From Microcystis aeruginosa NIES-2549 (lineage in GTDB: Bacteria > Cyanobacteriota > Cyanobacteriia > Cyanobacteriales > Microcystaceae), in assembly GCF_000981785.2 (NCBI RefSeq), contig NZ_CP011304.1, positions 1,620,001 through 1,652,000 of the forward strand: a stretch of 32,000 bases of DNA, read 5' to 3'. Shown piece by piece: positions 9,685 through 17,239 of the stretch. Position 1 is the first letter of the stretch. Each line of letters opens with the position of its first letter. A model generated the notes under the pieces. It was not told where the DNA came from and searched no databases. It saw nothing but the letters and a program-made list of their open reading frames with translations. The position numbers and the translations under genes are program-made.

Positions 9685-9990
9685 TTAGATTTCTTCATCT
9701 TGCTCTTTGGTAGCACTGGGAGAAGAATTATAAATGGCATCTAACTGCTGACGAGCATCTTCGACAGTGAGAGAACGAATCACTAACAGGGGTTCATTAA
9801 TCGGTTGTCCAGTCTCGTCCAAAAGTTCCGGATGGGAAGTCATGGGATAACCGTAGGGATTATAGGAATTAGCCGATTTAGCAGGACGTTTCTGGGAATC
9901 CATGCTGACAGTAATCAGACTCCGAATTAAATTATTAATGGTCAAAAAAGCGATAACCGTGAAGGCGAGGATATAGAGCAGATGTAACAT
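9685..9990 (-). CDS. small membrane protein, cyanobacteria-conserved (DUF2973-like; name from memory)
   Basis: 101 aa with an N-terminal TM helix MLHLLYILAFTVIAFLTINNLIRSL. It lies 11 nt upstream of the hydrolase gene on the same strand. Confidence 0.65.
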   Translation of the reverse strand: MLHLLYILAFTVIAFLTINNLIRSLITVSMDSQKRPAKSANSYNPYGYPMTSHPELLDETGQPINEPLLVIRSLTVEDARQQLDAIYNSSPSATKEQDEEI

Positions 9991-10089
9991 TGGCCGAGTC
10001 TCCCATGAATTATGTGTGAATATTCCTAAATTGCCAAAACTTTATGCTAAAAATTCGCTCAACTCTCTAGCTTACCAAAAAGTTTCAGG

Positions 10090-10434
10090 TTAAGCGTCAG
10101 TTTGAGGAGATTGATATTCTCCCCAACCTTGTAATCGACGACGACTGCTGACCCCCCAACACTCTGCCACCAGCTGGTGCCAAGGCAATAACATCTTGGC
10201 CTCGATACCCACCTGACCACCTGTGGTTTTAAAGAGTAAATAAGCCGTGGCTACCTCCTGTTGGGCGTTTTTGACTCTTGCTAATAAATCGTTTTGTTCC
10301 TCGAGGCTGAGAAAGGATAATCTCTCGGATTCGAGGAGGAGACGGGAACGGGAAAACCAATGGGTGAAATCCTCTAGTAGAGGTTCCAAGATAGTTTTCA
10401 GGAGTTCGTTTTCGGTGGGTTGCGAAGGAAACAT
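10090..10434 (-). CDS. conserved cyanobacterial protein (DUF2605-like; name from memory)
   Basis: ORF 10090..10494. The conserved-looking core begins at the internal Met at 10434 (MFPSQPTENELLKTILEPLLEDFTHWFSRSRLLLESE...). The 20 codons upstream are AT-rich and low-complexity. Confidence 0.65.
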   Translation of the reverse strand: MFPSQPTENELLKTILEPLLEDFTHWFSRSRLLLESERLSFLSLEEQNDLLARVKNAQQEVATAYLLFKTTGGQVGIEAKMLLPWHQLVAECWGVSSRRRLQGWGEYQSPQTDA

Positions 10435-10509
10435 TATTCTTATAATGACGATTTTGCTTACCTTAATCTTAGCGTTATTTATATTTCTTAACATTGTGAC
10501 GGTAAAATT

Positions 10510-11136
10510 TTAAGATTTGCCCCGGCGGTAGGCGGCACTAAAGAAGTCCTGTTCGCAACTAAGAGCATAACGATAGGATAAAGAGATATTTTCCGTCATC
10601 AGCGCGTATTTATCCGCCAATTCCTCTAATTGACTTGCTAAAGCTGCGAATTCATACCCACTATAACTATCAATCCAAGCTTGATAGGGATTCTCAGAAA
10701 TCGGTTCTAAGGCTAATTGTTGGCCTAGATAAGCATAAAGACGCATACAGGGACTCATCGCCACGGCAATCGCACCGATGTCACCCATCCAAGCGGTAGC
10801 GAGAAGAAAATCCCGATAGCGACGGGTGGCGTTAGCGGGCTGAACCTTTCTCAGGTCAACCCCCCACTGTAAAGCGTAATTTTCGTGTAATTCTAATTCC
10901 TTTAATACCCCTGCCGCTAACCGATGAAAGCTAGTGAATCCCTGCCAATCGGGAGCTTTAGCGGCGGCGATACTGTAAGCACGGGCGAAAGATTCCAGAA
11001 AAAAAGCATCTTGACCGACATAAAAAGCAAAACAGTCCCGTTTAAGCTCTCCTGTGGCGATACCTCGCACAAAAGGGTGTTCGAGGCAAGCTTGCACTAG
11101 ATCTTGATGGCTGTGCCAAAGTTGCTGACTAAGCAT
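10510..11136 (-). CDS. tenA: TenA/thiaminase-II family protein
   Basis: 208 aa. The pattern HPFVRGIATGELKRDCFAFYVGQDAFFLESFARAY is typical of the TenA/PqqC haem-oxygenase-like fold. Confidence 0.8.
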   Translation of the reverse strand: MLSQQLWHSHQDLVQACLEHPFVRGIATGELKRDCFAFYVGQDAFFLESFARAYSIAAAKAPDWQGFTSFHRLAAGVLKELELHENYALQWGVDLRKVQPANATRRYRDFLLATAWMGDIGAIAVAMSPCMRLYAYLGQQLALEPISENPYQAWIDSYSGYEFAALASQLEELADKYALMTENISLSYRYALSCEQDFFSAAYRRGKS

Positions 11137-11210
11137 AGGAAAATACTAATTATACTAAATCCGTTGAGTATAGGCTACATATCAGGACAGGCAAAAGGCA
11201 ATAGGCAATA

Positions 11211-11238
11211 GGCTTCGGCCGTGAGCTCAGCCGAACGG
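11211..11238. repeat. copy 1 of a duplicated hairpin element GGCTTCGGCCGTGAGCT..GCCGAACGG
   Basis: Shares an exact 17-mer and an exact 9-mer with 11345-11373. Contains GGC-TTCG-GCC (a UUCG tetraloop hairpin) and the pairing TTCGGC/GCCGAA. Confidence 0.8.
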
Positions 11239-11344
11239 CAAAAGGAGCAATAGATAATCAGTTTTTAATAACCAGATTTAGTATTAGGTGGACAAGGTTG
11301 GTTAAGTGGGTGGGTGGAATTAAATATAAGATGAATGTAGGTTG

Positions 11345-11373
11345 GGCTTCGGCCGTGAGCTTTTGCCGAACGG
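11345..11373. repeat. copy 2 of the duplicated hairpin element
   Basis: GGCTTCGGCCGTGAGCT-TTT-GCCGAACGG, in direct orientation 134 bp from copy 1. Confidence 0.8.
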
Positions 11374-11422
11374 TTGAAGCATGAAACCCAAAGCCCGCAT
11401 GGGTTACTGAAAATGGGTAAAA

Positions 11423-11454
11423 CCCCACACCCCACACCCCACACCCTACACCCC
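11423..11454. repeat. heptamer tandem repeat (CCCCACA)x3 plus CCCTACA
   Basis: Read directly: ccccaca ccccaca ccccaca ccctaca cccc. Confidence 0.9.
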
Positions 11455-11491
11455 GTCAGTTCATTTCCTTAACCCAAACTGACGTTAACCC

Positions 11492-11500
11492 TGTTATAAT
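11492..11500 (+). promoter_or_regulatory. extended -10 promoter element TGtTATAAT
   Basis: ctGTtataat is a perfect TGnTATAAT. No coding gene starts within 280 nt downstream. Confidence 0.45.
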
Positions 11501-11653
11501 ACAGATAACTGACTAAATTTGAATTAAAAACTATGCGACTTAAGCGATGGGAGTCCCCCCGCCGTCAGGGACGTAACGACAAAGGCAAGGGTGGTTCGGC
11601 CCGACAGCGACAACTGAAAAAACAATTTAAAATGCTGTCGAAAAAACTGAAAG

Positions 11654-11684
11654 GGGGAGAGAGTAACATCTCTCCTCTTTTTTT
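11654..11684 (+). terminator. strong intrinsic terminator inside the intergenic region upstream of the binding-protein gene
   Basis: GGGGAGAGA-GTAACA-TCTCTCCTC (9 bp including one G.U) is followed immediately by TTTTTTT (11678-11684). It ends 96 nt before ATG 11781. Confidence 0.8.
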
Positions 11685-11780
11685 GTCCCCAGCAATCGCC
11701 ACTGAAAAATCTTCCTCTGGGAAACTCTCAGTCTCCTGAAACAGTCCCAGACTTGAGCCACTTTCAGATTAGGGAAAAAA

Positions 11781-12680
11781 ATGAAGCGTACACTTGCCGT
11801 CATGACGATGACAGTAGCTTTAACCGTCACCAGTAACCATTCTAGCCTTGCGGGAGCAATCTTTGATCGCATTCAAAAAACTGGGGTAATTACTGCCGGC
11901 GCTCGTAAAGATGCTATTCCCTTTGGTTTTATCAACTCCCAAGGCAAGTGGGTGGGTTACAGCCTTGATATGTTAGAGTTAATTCGCAAAGAAACCGAAC
12001 GGAAGTTAGGAAAACCGATTAAATTAAAAATTGTTGAGGTTACTCCCCAAAATCGTTTTGAAAAGTTAAAAACAGGGGTCATAGATATCGAATGTGGCTC
12101 TACTACTTTTACTTGGAAAAGAGAAAATGAGGTTGATTTTTCCGTTAGTTATTTTGCCAGTGGCACTCAATTGTTAACCCGCAAAGGTAGTAATCTCGAT
12201 GACATCGGTAGCCTGGCAGGTAGACGCATTGGAGTGATTGCCAATACTACTAATGAAGCGGTGATTAAAACCCAACAACCCGCCGCTATTTTGGTCAAAG
12301 TTAAAAATCGTGGCGAGGGTTTACAAAAACTGGAAACGGGAGAAATTGATGGTTTTGCCAGTGATGGTATTACCCTAGAAGGCTTAAGGAAAAACGCTAA
12401 AAATCCCAATAATTTAGCCATAGTTCCCTCCTATCCCTACGCCTACGAATCCTATGCCTGTACTTTACCCGAAAATGATTCTAAATGGCGCGATACAGTG
12501 AATTATACGCTATTAAAATTTATGGAAGGGATCGTTAGTGACCAACAACAAGCGGTGACAATTTATGAACGTTGGTTTGGTGAAGACGGGGTTGTTCCCT
12601 ATTCCAGAGAAACTATTAATGATTATTTTCAAGGCATTGTCAACACCTACGAATGGATTCCTTTAACTGTATTTCCCTAA
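11781..12680 (+). CDS. amino-acid ABC transporter substrate-binding protein (family 3 SBP); no permease or ATPase gene adjacent
   Basis: 299 aa with a signal peptide. Contains GVITAGARKDAIPFGFINSQGKWVGYSLDMLELIRKE and IDIECGSTTFTWKRENEVDFSVSYFASGTQLLTRKGS, typical of polar amino-acid SBPs. Confidence 0.85.
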   Translation: MKRTLAVMTMTVALTVTSNHSSLAGAIFDRIQKTGVITAGARKDAIPFGFINSQGKWVGYSLDMLELIRKETERKLGKPIKLKIVEVTPQNRFEKLKTGVIDIECGSTTFTWKRENEVDFSVSYFASGTQLLTRKGSNLDDIGSLAGRRIGVIANTTNEAVIKTQQPAAILVKVKNRGEGLQKLETGEIDGFASDGITLEGLRKNAKNPNNLAIVPSYPYAYESYACTLPENDSKWRDTVNYTLLKFMEGIVSDQQQAVTIYERWFGEDGVVPYSRETINDYFQGIVNTYEWIPLTVFP

Positions 12681-12730
12681 AATCAAAACCTTTTCAGAGA
12701 CCAGTGGAAAAAGGCACTCTTGCAAGTGGG

Positions 12731-12876
12731 AATTATGAATTATGAATTATCAATTATGAATGGGGAAGTGGGGAGTATTTTCAGTGAACAGTGAATAGTA
12801 AACAGTAATCAGTGAACTGAAAACTCACATCTGATAACTGATAACTGATTCAAGGCTGTCTCCTGTCTCCTATCTC
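12731..12876. repeat. block of four different heptamer tandem arrays (STRR-like)
   Basis: AATTATG x4 (12731-12758), CAGTGAA-type x6 (12782-12823), CTGATAA x3 (12831-12851) and CTGTCTC x3 (12856-12876). TGGGGAAG/TGGGGAGT lies between the first two arrays. Confidence 0.9.
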
Positions 12877-13028
12877 CCCAAAAGGAAAACTTACTATATC
12901 ACCATTAAGATAACTGCTGTAGCAAGTGCCTGTAAATTTCCTCTAGCAGCCTTGGCGAAAAATCACCATCGGGTGATCAATCTCTGTGCTAAGTTAGAAG
13001 ATTATCACGATCGCATCTAGCCAGTACC

Positions 13029-13241
13029 ATGAGTGAAATTAGCGTCGGGGGAAAAGTCCGTCTGATTGCCATTCCCCCTTACCTGAAAACCGCCGATCCC
13101 ATGCCTATGTTACGGCCGCCAGATCTGCTCGATATCGACGATATAGGCACGGTGATCGATCGCCGGCCGGGGGGTTATTGGGGTGTAAAATTCGATCGAG
13201 GCTCATTTCTGCTCGATAGCAAATATTTAGAAGCCATTTAA
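13029..13241 (+). CDS. small conserved cyanobacterial/plastid-lineage protein (DUF3148-like; name from memory)
   Basis: 70 aa: GGKVRLIAIPPYLKTADPMPMLRPPDLLDIDDIGTVIDRRPGGYWGVKFDRGSFLLDSKYLE. I recognise this as a conserved family. Confidence 0.7.
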   Translation: MSEISVGGKVRLIAIPPYLKTADPMPMLRPPDLLDIDDIGTVIDRRPGGYWGVKFDRGSFLLDSKYLEAI

Positions 13242-13307
13242 ACCAGTTAAGTGTATCGCAGTCAAGACAACTTTGATAAATCACAAGCAAATCTAACGAG
13301 TTAATTT

Positions 13308-14258
13308 ATGTCCAATACTTTTCTATCGATCATTATCCCGATGCGCGAGGGATTTAGCGAACATTGGCTAGGAGAATTATTGAAAGTCAAGGGAGATATA
13401 GAATTTATTTTAGTTCATCCTCCTGGGGTCAACCCTTCCCCAGTCAATGATCCACGCATAAAACAGATTGTCTGTGCTTTACGAGGTGAAATTATTCAAA
13501 GAAGTACAGGATTTTTAAATGCCAGAGGTACTTATATTCTCACAATCAATTGCGATGAATATTTACACCCGGAGGTCGTCACCTTAGTCAAAGACTATTT
13601 TGACCGCTTCCCCAATAGTTGGGTATTAAGATTAGCCAGACGTGGATTTCCCTACGGTGAACGAGAAAAATTAGAGAGTCCTTGGCCAACAATTCCCGAT
13701 GTAAAAAGTTTAGCTATCTGTAGCAGGAGAGAGAATAATAGTAACTTATTTAAAGAGAATAATTATTTATTAGAAGCACCGATCGCTCCTTTAGATAATC
13801 CTTTTAATCCTAGCGCCCTGATCGGGAAACGTCGAGATCACAAGGGTCCTCACATGGAAAACTTTGATAAAAAAGTTTGGAAAAACGAACTGGTACAACC
13901 AGCAGTTAAAGAGATTACCGCTTCCATGAACGTCACTGGACCGATTAAATATATTCCCTTTTGGTGTTTAGATAGATTACTGGGTTTATATATTCAGGCC
14001 AAGTTTTTTGAGCGAGGTAAAACTATCGGTCATTGGCTGCCAGAAATAGCCGAACAACTGCGGATTGAAGATAATCCTCCTGAGTATAAAAGAACTAAAC
14101 GTTTTTACTTTATTGCCGAGGTGATTCTCCTGAGAAATTTCCCTAAATACGGTTATCTTTGGAATTTAATTCTCGCTCAAGCGACGGAAGTACCGGGACG
14201 AGCCATCGATTCCCTAAAACGCAAATTATTGCCAGAAAAACCTTCTATATCCAAGTGA
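13308..14258 (+). CDS. glycosyltransferase family 2-like protein (divergent)
   Basis: 316 aa. The GT-A layout is LSIIIPMREG, then IEFILVHPPG, then PRIKQIV..RGEIIQRSTGFLNARGTYILTINCDEYLHP. CDE sits where DxD is expected, so activity is uncertain. Confidence 0.55.
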   Translation: MSNTFLSIIIPMREGFSEHWLGELLKVKGDIEFILVHPPGVNPSPVNDPRIKQIVCALRGEIIQRSTGFLNARGTYILTINCDEYLHPEVVTLVKDYFDRFPNSWVLRLARRGFPYGEREKLESPWPTIPDVKSLAICSRRENNSNLFKENNYLLEAPIAPLDNPFNPSALIGKRRDHKGPHMENFDKKVWKNELVQPAVKEITASMNVTGPIKYIPFWCLDRLLGLYIQAKFFERGKTIGHWLPEIAEQLRIEDNPPEYKRTKRFYFIAEVILLRNFPKYGYLWNLILAQATEVPGRAIDSLKRKLLPEKPSISK

Positions 14259-15843
14259 TCGGTAATCCAGAATAATAACCTAAATTTATGGAACTATGCT
14301 CTGTTTCCCAATCTAAAACCTGTTCGACACGCTGATAAATTGCCGCCGCTTCTTCACTAGAATTGCCGATACAAGTTAACCCTAATTTACCAAATTCTGA
14401 CAGCGCACCCATGAGATGAAAAACTGTTCCCGTTTTACTGCTACTATCAAAATGCAAGCGATGTTTAGCAATAATATCCATTAAATCATCGGGAAGTAAA
14501 CCTTTGTATTGGGGTTTGTGGAGATTATCGGAGGCAATATAGTATTTTTCCTGGTGAGGTTGACTAAAAAATAATCCAGTTTCTCGATCGTATTCACCAT
14601 TAGTTAAAAGTTTCAATGTCATGAAAGGATGGGTGGTTCCTCCTTTTCGCAGATTAATTTCGATCGCCTGTAAATCCCAGACTAAAGTGTCTGGATTTTT
14701 CACAGCGACGAAATCAACTCCATAGCGTTCAATTGCCCCCTTGGCTGCCAGAATTTCCCCTATTTTTAGGCCTAATTCCTGTAATTGTAGACGATAATTT
14801 TCATCGGCAGGAAAATGACAACCTAGATAAATTTGACCATCGGGACCGCCTAAAATTTGATCGTGAGTGGAAATAATATTCACTTCTCCCGTGGGTGTAA
14901 TATAACCCTGCACACTCGGCGATCGCTTTTCTTCTCCTTCAATAAAAGCTTCGACAATTGCCCCTAATTCAGCAATTTTACTGGAAAAACTCTCCCAAGT
15001 TTCATCACTTGCTTGAAAACTCATCTTGTCTAATTGTTTAGCCAAGAGATTCATTCTCTCGCTTAAATCTAGACTGTTACTATCAACAATTCCCCCTAAA
15101 GGACGTAAATCTAAAACCGCATTTCCTTCTCCCGATAACCCCTCATTTAACTTCACTACCATGCGTTTTAATTGCGGTTGACGGGACCACAAACTAGCGG
15201 CTTCGTATAACAAATCCTTGACCGTATTTACCTGTAAACTACCGTCAGGATGGGGAATATTGCCTTGACCAAAAATCTCGCGACTGCCACTTTTAGAACC
15301 CCAATACAATAAGTCTGGACTACAGGCAAATAAAGGAATATCTAATTGTAAAGACAATTCTCGCTCTAAATTAGTAGAATTAAAACAAACCATGTAGGCA
15401 CGATCTCGACGCAACGCTTGCCTGATTCTTTCTACTAAGCGCGGTCTTTCCAGAATTTTTTGGGTTAAAGGTTGAAAAGAGTTATCGTGAGTTGTCAGTA
15501 ATAAAAGACGGTTATTAGCATGGGAAAAAGGAATCCCTGGCAACAATTGCAGGTAATAATCAATCACCATCCGCGACAGTGGCTGCGCTGTTACATAGAT
15601 TAAACGAGTTTTCGGGTGTCGCAACCGAATCAGAGAAAATAATAATCTTTCTTCGTAATGTAAAAAACCCGCCACTTTTTGACCGACTCTCTGATCGATA
15701 CTAAAAGAAGGGACAACGAGGATATCATAATCGCATTCATCCGATTCGGGAACGTTTTCTCCCTGCCAAATCTCTTTTAATTTTTCTTGTAATTCTTGAT
15801 ACCGCAGCCGCTTTTCTAGCATCACATCTCTATCTAACAGCAT
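14245..15843 (-). CDS. ATP-grasp family ligase, PGM1-like (peptide ligase / carboxylate-amine ligase-related)
   Basis: ORF 14245..15996. ATP-grasp-type blocks are MVVKLNEGLSGEGNAVLDL, VEAFIEGEEKRSPSVQGYITPTGEVNIISTHDQILGG and GVDFVAV..WDLQAIEINLRKGGTTHP. The start is moved to ATG 15843 (GAGGTG lies 8 nt upstream) because the psaJ terminator at 15956-15986 sits inside the longer ORF. Confidence 0.7.
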   Translation of the reverse strand: MLLDRDVMLEKRLRYQELQEKLKEIWQGENVPESDECDYDILVVPSFSIDQRVGQKVAGFLHYEERLLFSLIRLRHPKTRLIYVTAQPLSRMVIDYYLQLLPGIPFSHANNRLLLLTTHDNSFQPLTQKILERPRLVERIRQALRRDRAYMVCFNSTNLERELSLQLDIPLFACSPDLLYWGSKSGSREIFGQGNIPHPDGSLQVNTVKDLLYEAASLWSRQPQLKRMVVKLNEGLSGEGNAVLDLRPLGGIVDSNSLDLSERMNLLAKQLDKMSFQASDETWESFSSKIAELGAIVEAFIEGEEKRSPSVQGYITPTGEVNIISTHDQILGGPDGQIYLGCHFPADENYRLQLQELGLKIGEILAAKGAIERYGVDFVAVKNPDTLVWDLQAIEINLRKGGTTHPFMTLKLLTNGEYDRETGLFFSQPHQEKYYIASDNLHKPQYKGLLPDDLMDIIAKHRLHFDSSSKTGTVFHLMGALSEFGKLGLTCIGNSSEEAAAIYQRVEQVLDWETEHSSINLGYYSGLPITWI

Positions 15844-15955
15844 GGTTTGTCCCACCTCTGTGGTTGCAGACACCTGTATCTTATCTATTTTTAGGACCTG
15901 TGGTCTCCAGTGCCTTTCTTTTCTTAATATTCCCCAATCCCTCCGATCATTGCCC

Positions 15956-15986
15956 TTAAAAAGGGATACAGTGGACTCTGTATCCC
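15956..15986 (-). terminator. intrinsic terminator of psaF-psaJ
   Basis: Minus-strand GGGATACAG-AGTCCA-CTGTATCCC (9-bp perfect stem, 15986..15963) is followed by TTTTT (15962..15958). It begins 22 nt after the psaJ stop. Confidence 0.85.
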
Positions 15987-16008
15987 CTTTAATCACCTGA
16001 GATTGGCT

Positions 16009-16137
16009 TTAACCTAGCGGGTGGAATAAGAGATCGGGATAAAAGCGATTAAATTCGATTAAAATCCCGGCGGTGAAAGTCAGCAGCGCCATAATTAACA
16101 CGGGTGCGGACGAGAGAAATTTAGTAAGTCCTTCCAT
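16009..16137 (-). CDS. psaJ: photosystem I reaction centre subunit IX (PsaJ)
   Basis: Below the ORF-track cutoff. Hand translation gives [42 protein letters not shown] (42 aa), which carries the canonical PsaJ motif. It lies 45 nt downstream of psaF. Confidence 0.95.
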   Translation of the reverse strand: MEGLTKFLSSAPVLIMALLTFTAGILIEFNRFYPDLLFHPLG

Positions 16138-16182
16138 CTGAGTTCTCCTAGGGAATAAAAAGTCAAGGGTTTGACACAAAAA

Positions 16183-16677
16183 TTAACGAGGGGAAACGGT
16201 AATTTCCGAATCCTTAACGGTTAATTTACCAGAAGTGGCTTCTTGTAAAGCCGCCAAGGGCCAGAGGAACCCCGTTAACATTTTGCTCAAAGCGAGGGGA
16301 ACATCGATGATGATTTCCTTCATTTCGGCATCTTTGCTGTCGCGCACGGCGATTAAATAGGCCCGACCAACCCAACCGATCCAACCGGTAATGTACAGGA
16401 ATAGGATGCTAGGGATAAAGAAATCACCCATGTGATCCCAACGACCATCAACAATTAGGTGCGGATAGCCTTCGGGTCCACAGAGAGCCTGGGAGTAGGT
16501 TTGAGCGCGTTTGGCTCCCGATTCGGGGTCAGGAGTGGTGTTGCGGAAACTCTTCGCTTTTTGCAGGAAAGCGGGATTTTCGCTACAAGGGGTCAGATTG
16601 GACAAATCAGCCGACGCTGGAGCGGCAAAGGTGAACCAGAGAGATAGCACCAGGGCCAGAGCGAACAATTTTCGCAT
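16183..16677 (-). CDS. psaF: photosystem I reaction centre subunit III (PsaF)
   Basis: 164 aa with a signal peptide. Contains [24 protein letters not shown]...[42 protein letters not shown]. Confidence 0.97.
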   Translation of the reverse strand: MRKLFALALVLSLWFTFAAPASADLSNLTPCSENPAFLQKAKSFRNTTPDPESGAKRAQTYSQALCGPEGYPHLIVDGRWDHMGDFFIPSILFLYITGWIGWVGRAYLIAVRDSKDAEMKEIIIDVPLALSKMLTGFLWPLAALQEATSGKLTVKDSEITVSPR

Positions 16678-16809
16678 AAATTGTTTCCTTTTGTTACGAA
16701 ATATGAAGTTCTTTGTTCAAAAAGCGAACAATTTGATCGTACACGGAAAAAATCTTACTCCGATGAGGGGTACGAGTAAAGTTTCTATTACAAAACTATA
16801 CGCAAAGCT

Positions 16810-17229
16810 TCAGACCCCGGTGATATGAACCACCACTTGTCTTTGGTGACGACTCTGACGATGTTCCCAGAGATAGATACCTTGCCAGATGCCTAAAACT
16901 AATTTACCCCTAGCGATCGGGATTTGTTCCGATGTCCGGGTTAGGACCGAGCGAATGTGAGCGGGCATATCGTCTGGCCCTTCGGTAGAGTGATAGTAGA
17001 GACTGCTATCTTCCGGCACTAACTTGGCGAAGAAATTGGCCAAATCCGTGAGAACATCGGGATCGGCATTTTCTTGGATCAGCAAGGAAGCGGAGGTGTG
17101 ACAGACAAATATACTGCATAATCCCGTCGTTATGCCCGATTCAGCCACGATCGCTTCTATGGGGGCAGTCAGACGATGGAAATTCTTGGGACTGGTGGCA
17201 ATTGTCAGGGATTTTTGATATTGACGCAT
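16810..17229 (-). CDS. YjbQ/UPF0047 family protein (secondary thiamine-phosphate synthase-type)
   Basis: ORF 16810..17352, but its first 41 codons overlap the cobA 3' end. The Met at 17229 gives MRQYQKSLTIATSPKNFHRLT...CHTSASLLIQENADPDV...GPDDMPAHIRS..., typical of YjbQ. It starts 10 nt after the cobA stop. Confidence 0.8.
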   Translation of the reverse strand: MRQYQKSLTIATSPKNFHRLTAPIEAIVAESGITTGLCSIFVCHTSASLLIQENADPDVLTDLANFFAKLVPEDSSLYYHSTEGPDDMPAHIRSVLTRTSEQIPIARGKLVLGIWQGIYLWEHRQSRHQRQVVVHITGV

Positions 17230-17239
17230 GGGAACCGAA

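Noticed and set aside
11530-11650. c-di-AMP (ydaO-type) riboswitch, suggested by CCCGACAGC (11600-11608) and AGGGUGGUUC resembling the motif's 3' strand, with cdaA in the same window
   Set aside because: The hallmark pseudo-symmetric elements as I remember them are absent (two GAAUC-hairpin-UA(C)GGG segments and ACGGGGA-type junctions). The two similar pieces are adjacent rather than separated by the second half of the aptamer. A single 9-mer match is weak. Only cmscan with RF00379 could settle it.
11533-11739. 68-aa ORF (MRLKRWESPRRQGRNDKGKGG...) and the antisense 81-aa ORF 11627-11872
   Set aside because: The sequence is basic and low-complexity with no SD. The plus ORF reads through a strong intrinsic terminator, and the minus ORF overlaps the start of the binding-protein gene. 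The region is better explained as non-coding RNA.
15844-15996. N-terminal extensions of track ORFs (14245-15996 beyond 15843; 16810-17352 beyond 17229; 10090-10494 beyond 10434; 20054-20095)
   Set aside because: The extensions overlap a terminator, the 3' end of cobA, AT-rich low-complexity codons or a predicted promoter respectively. Internal Met codons give products that start where the conserved sequence starts.
16511-16828. Plus-strand ORFs 16459-16647 and 16511-16828, the 60-aa ORF 670-852, and ORFs 10247-10513, 12167-12421, 13105-13290, 17473-17712, 18656-19027, 19334-19537, 22172-22429, 22361-22567, 23185-23397, 24961-25281 and 30911-31156
   Set aside because: Each overlaps a better-supported gene on the opposite strand or in another frame, or spans promoter or terminator DNA. 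None shows recognisable motifs.
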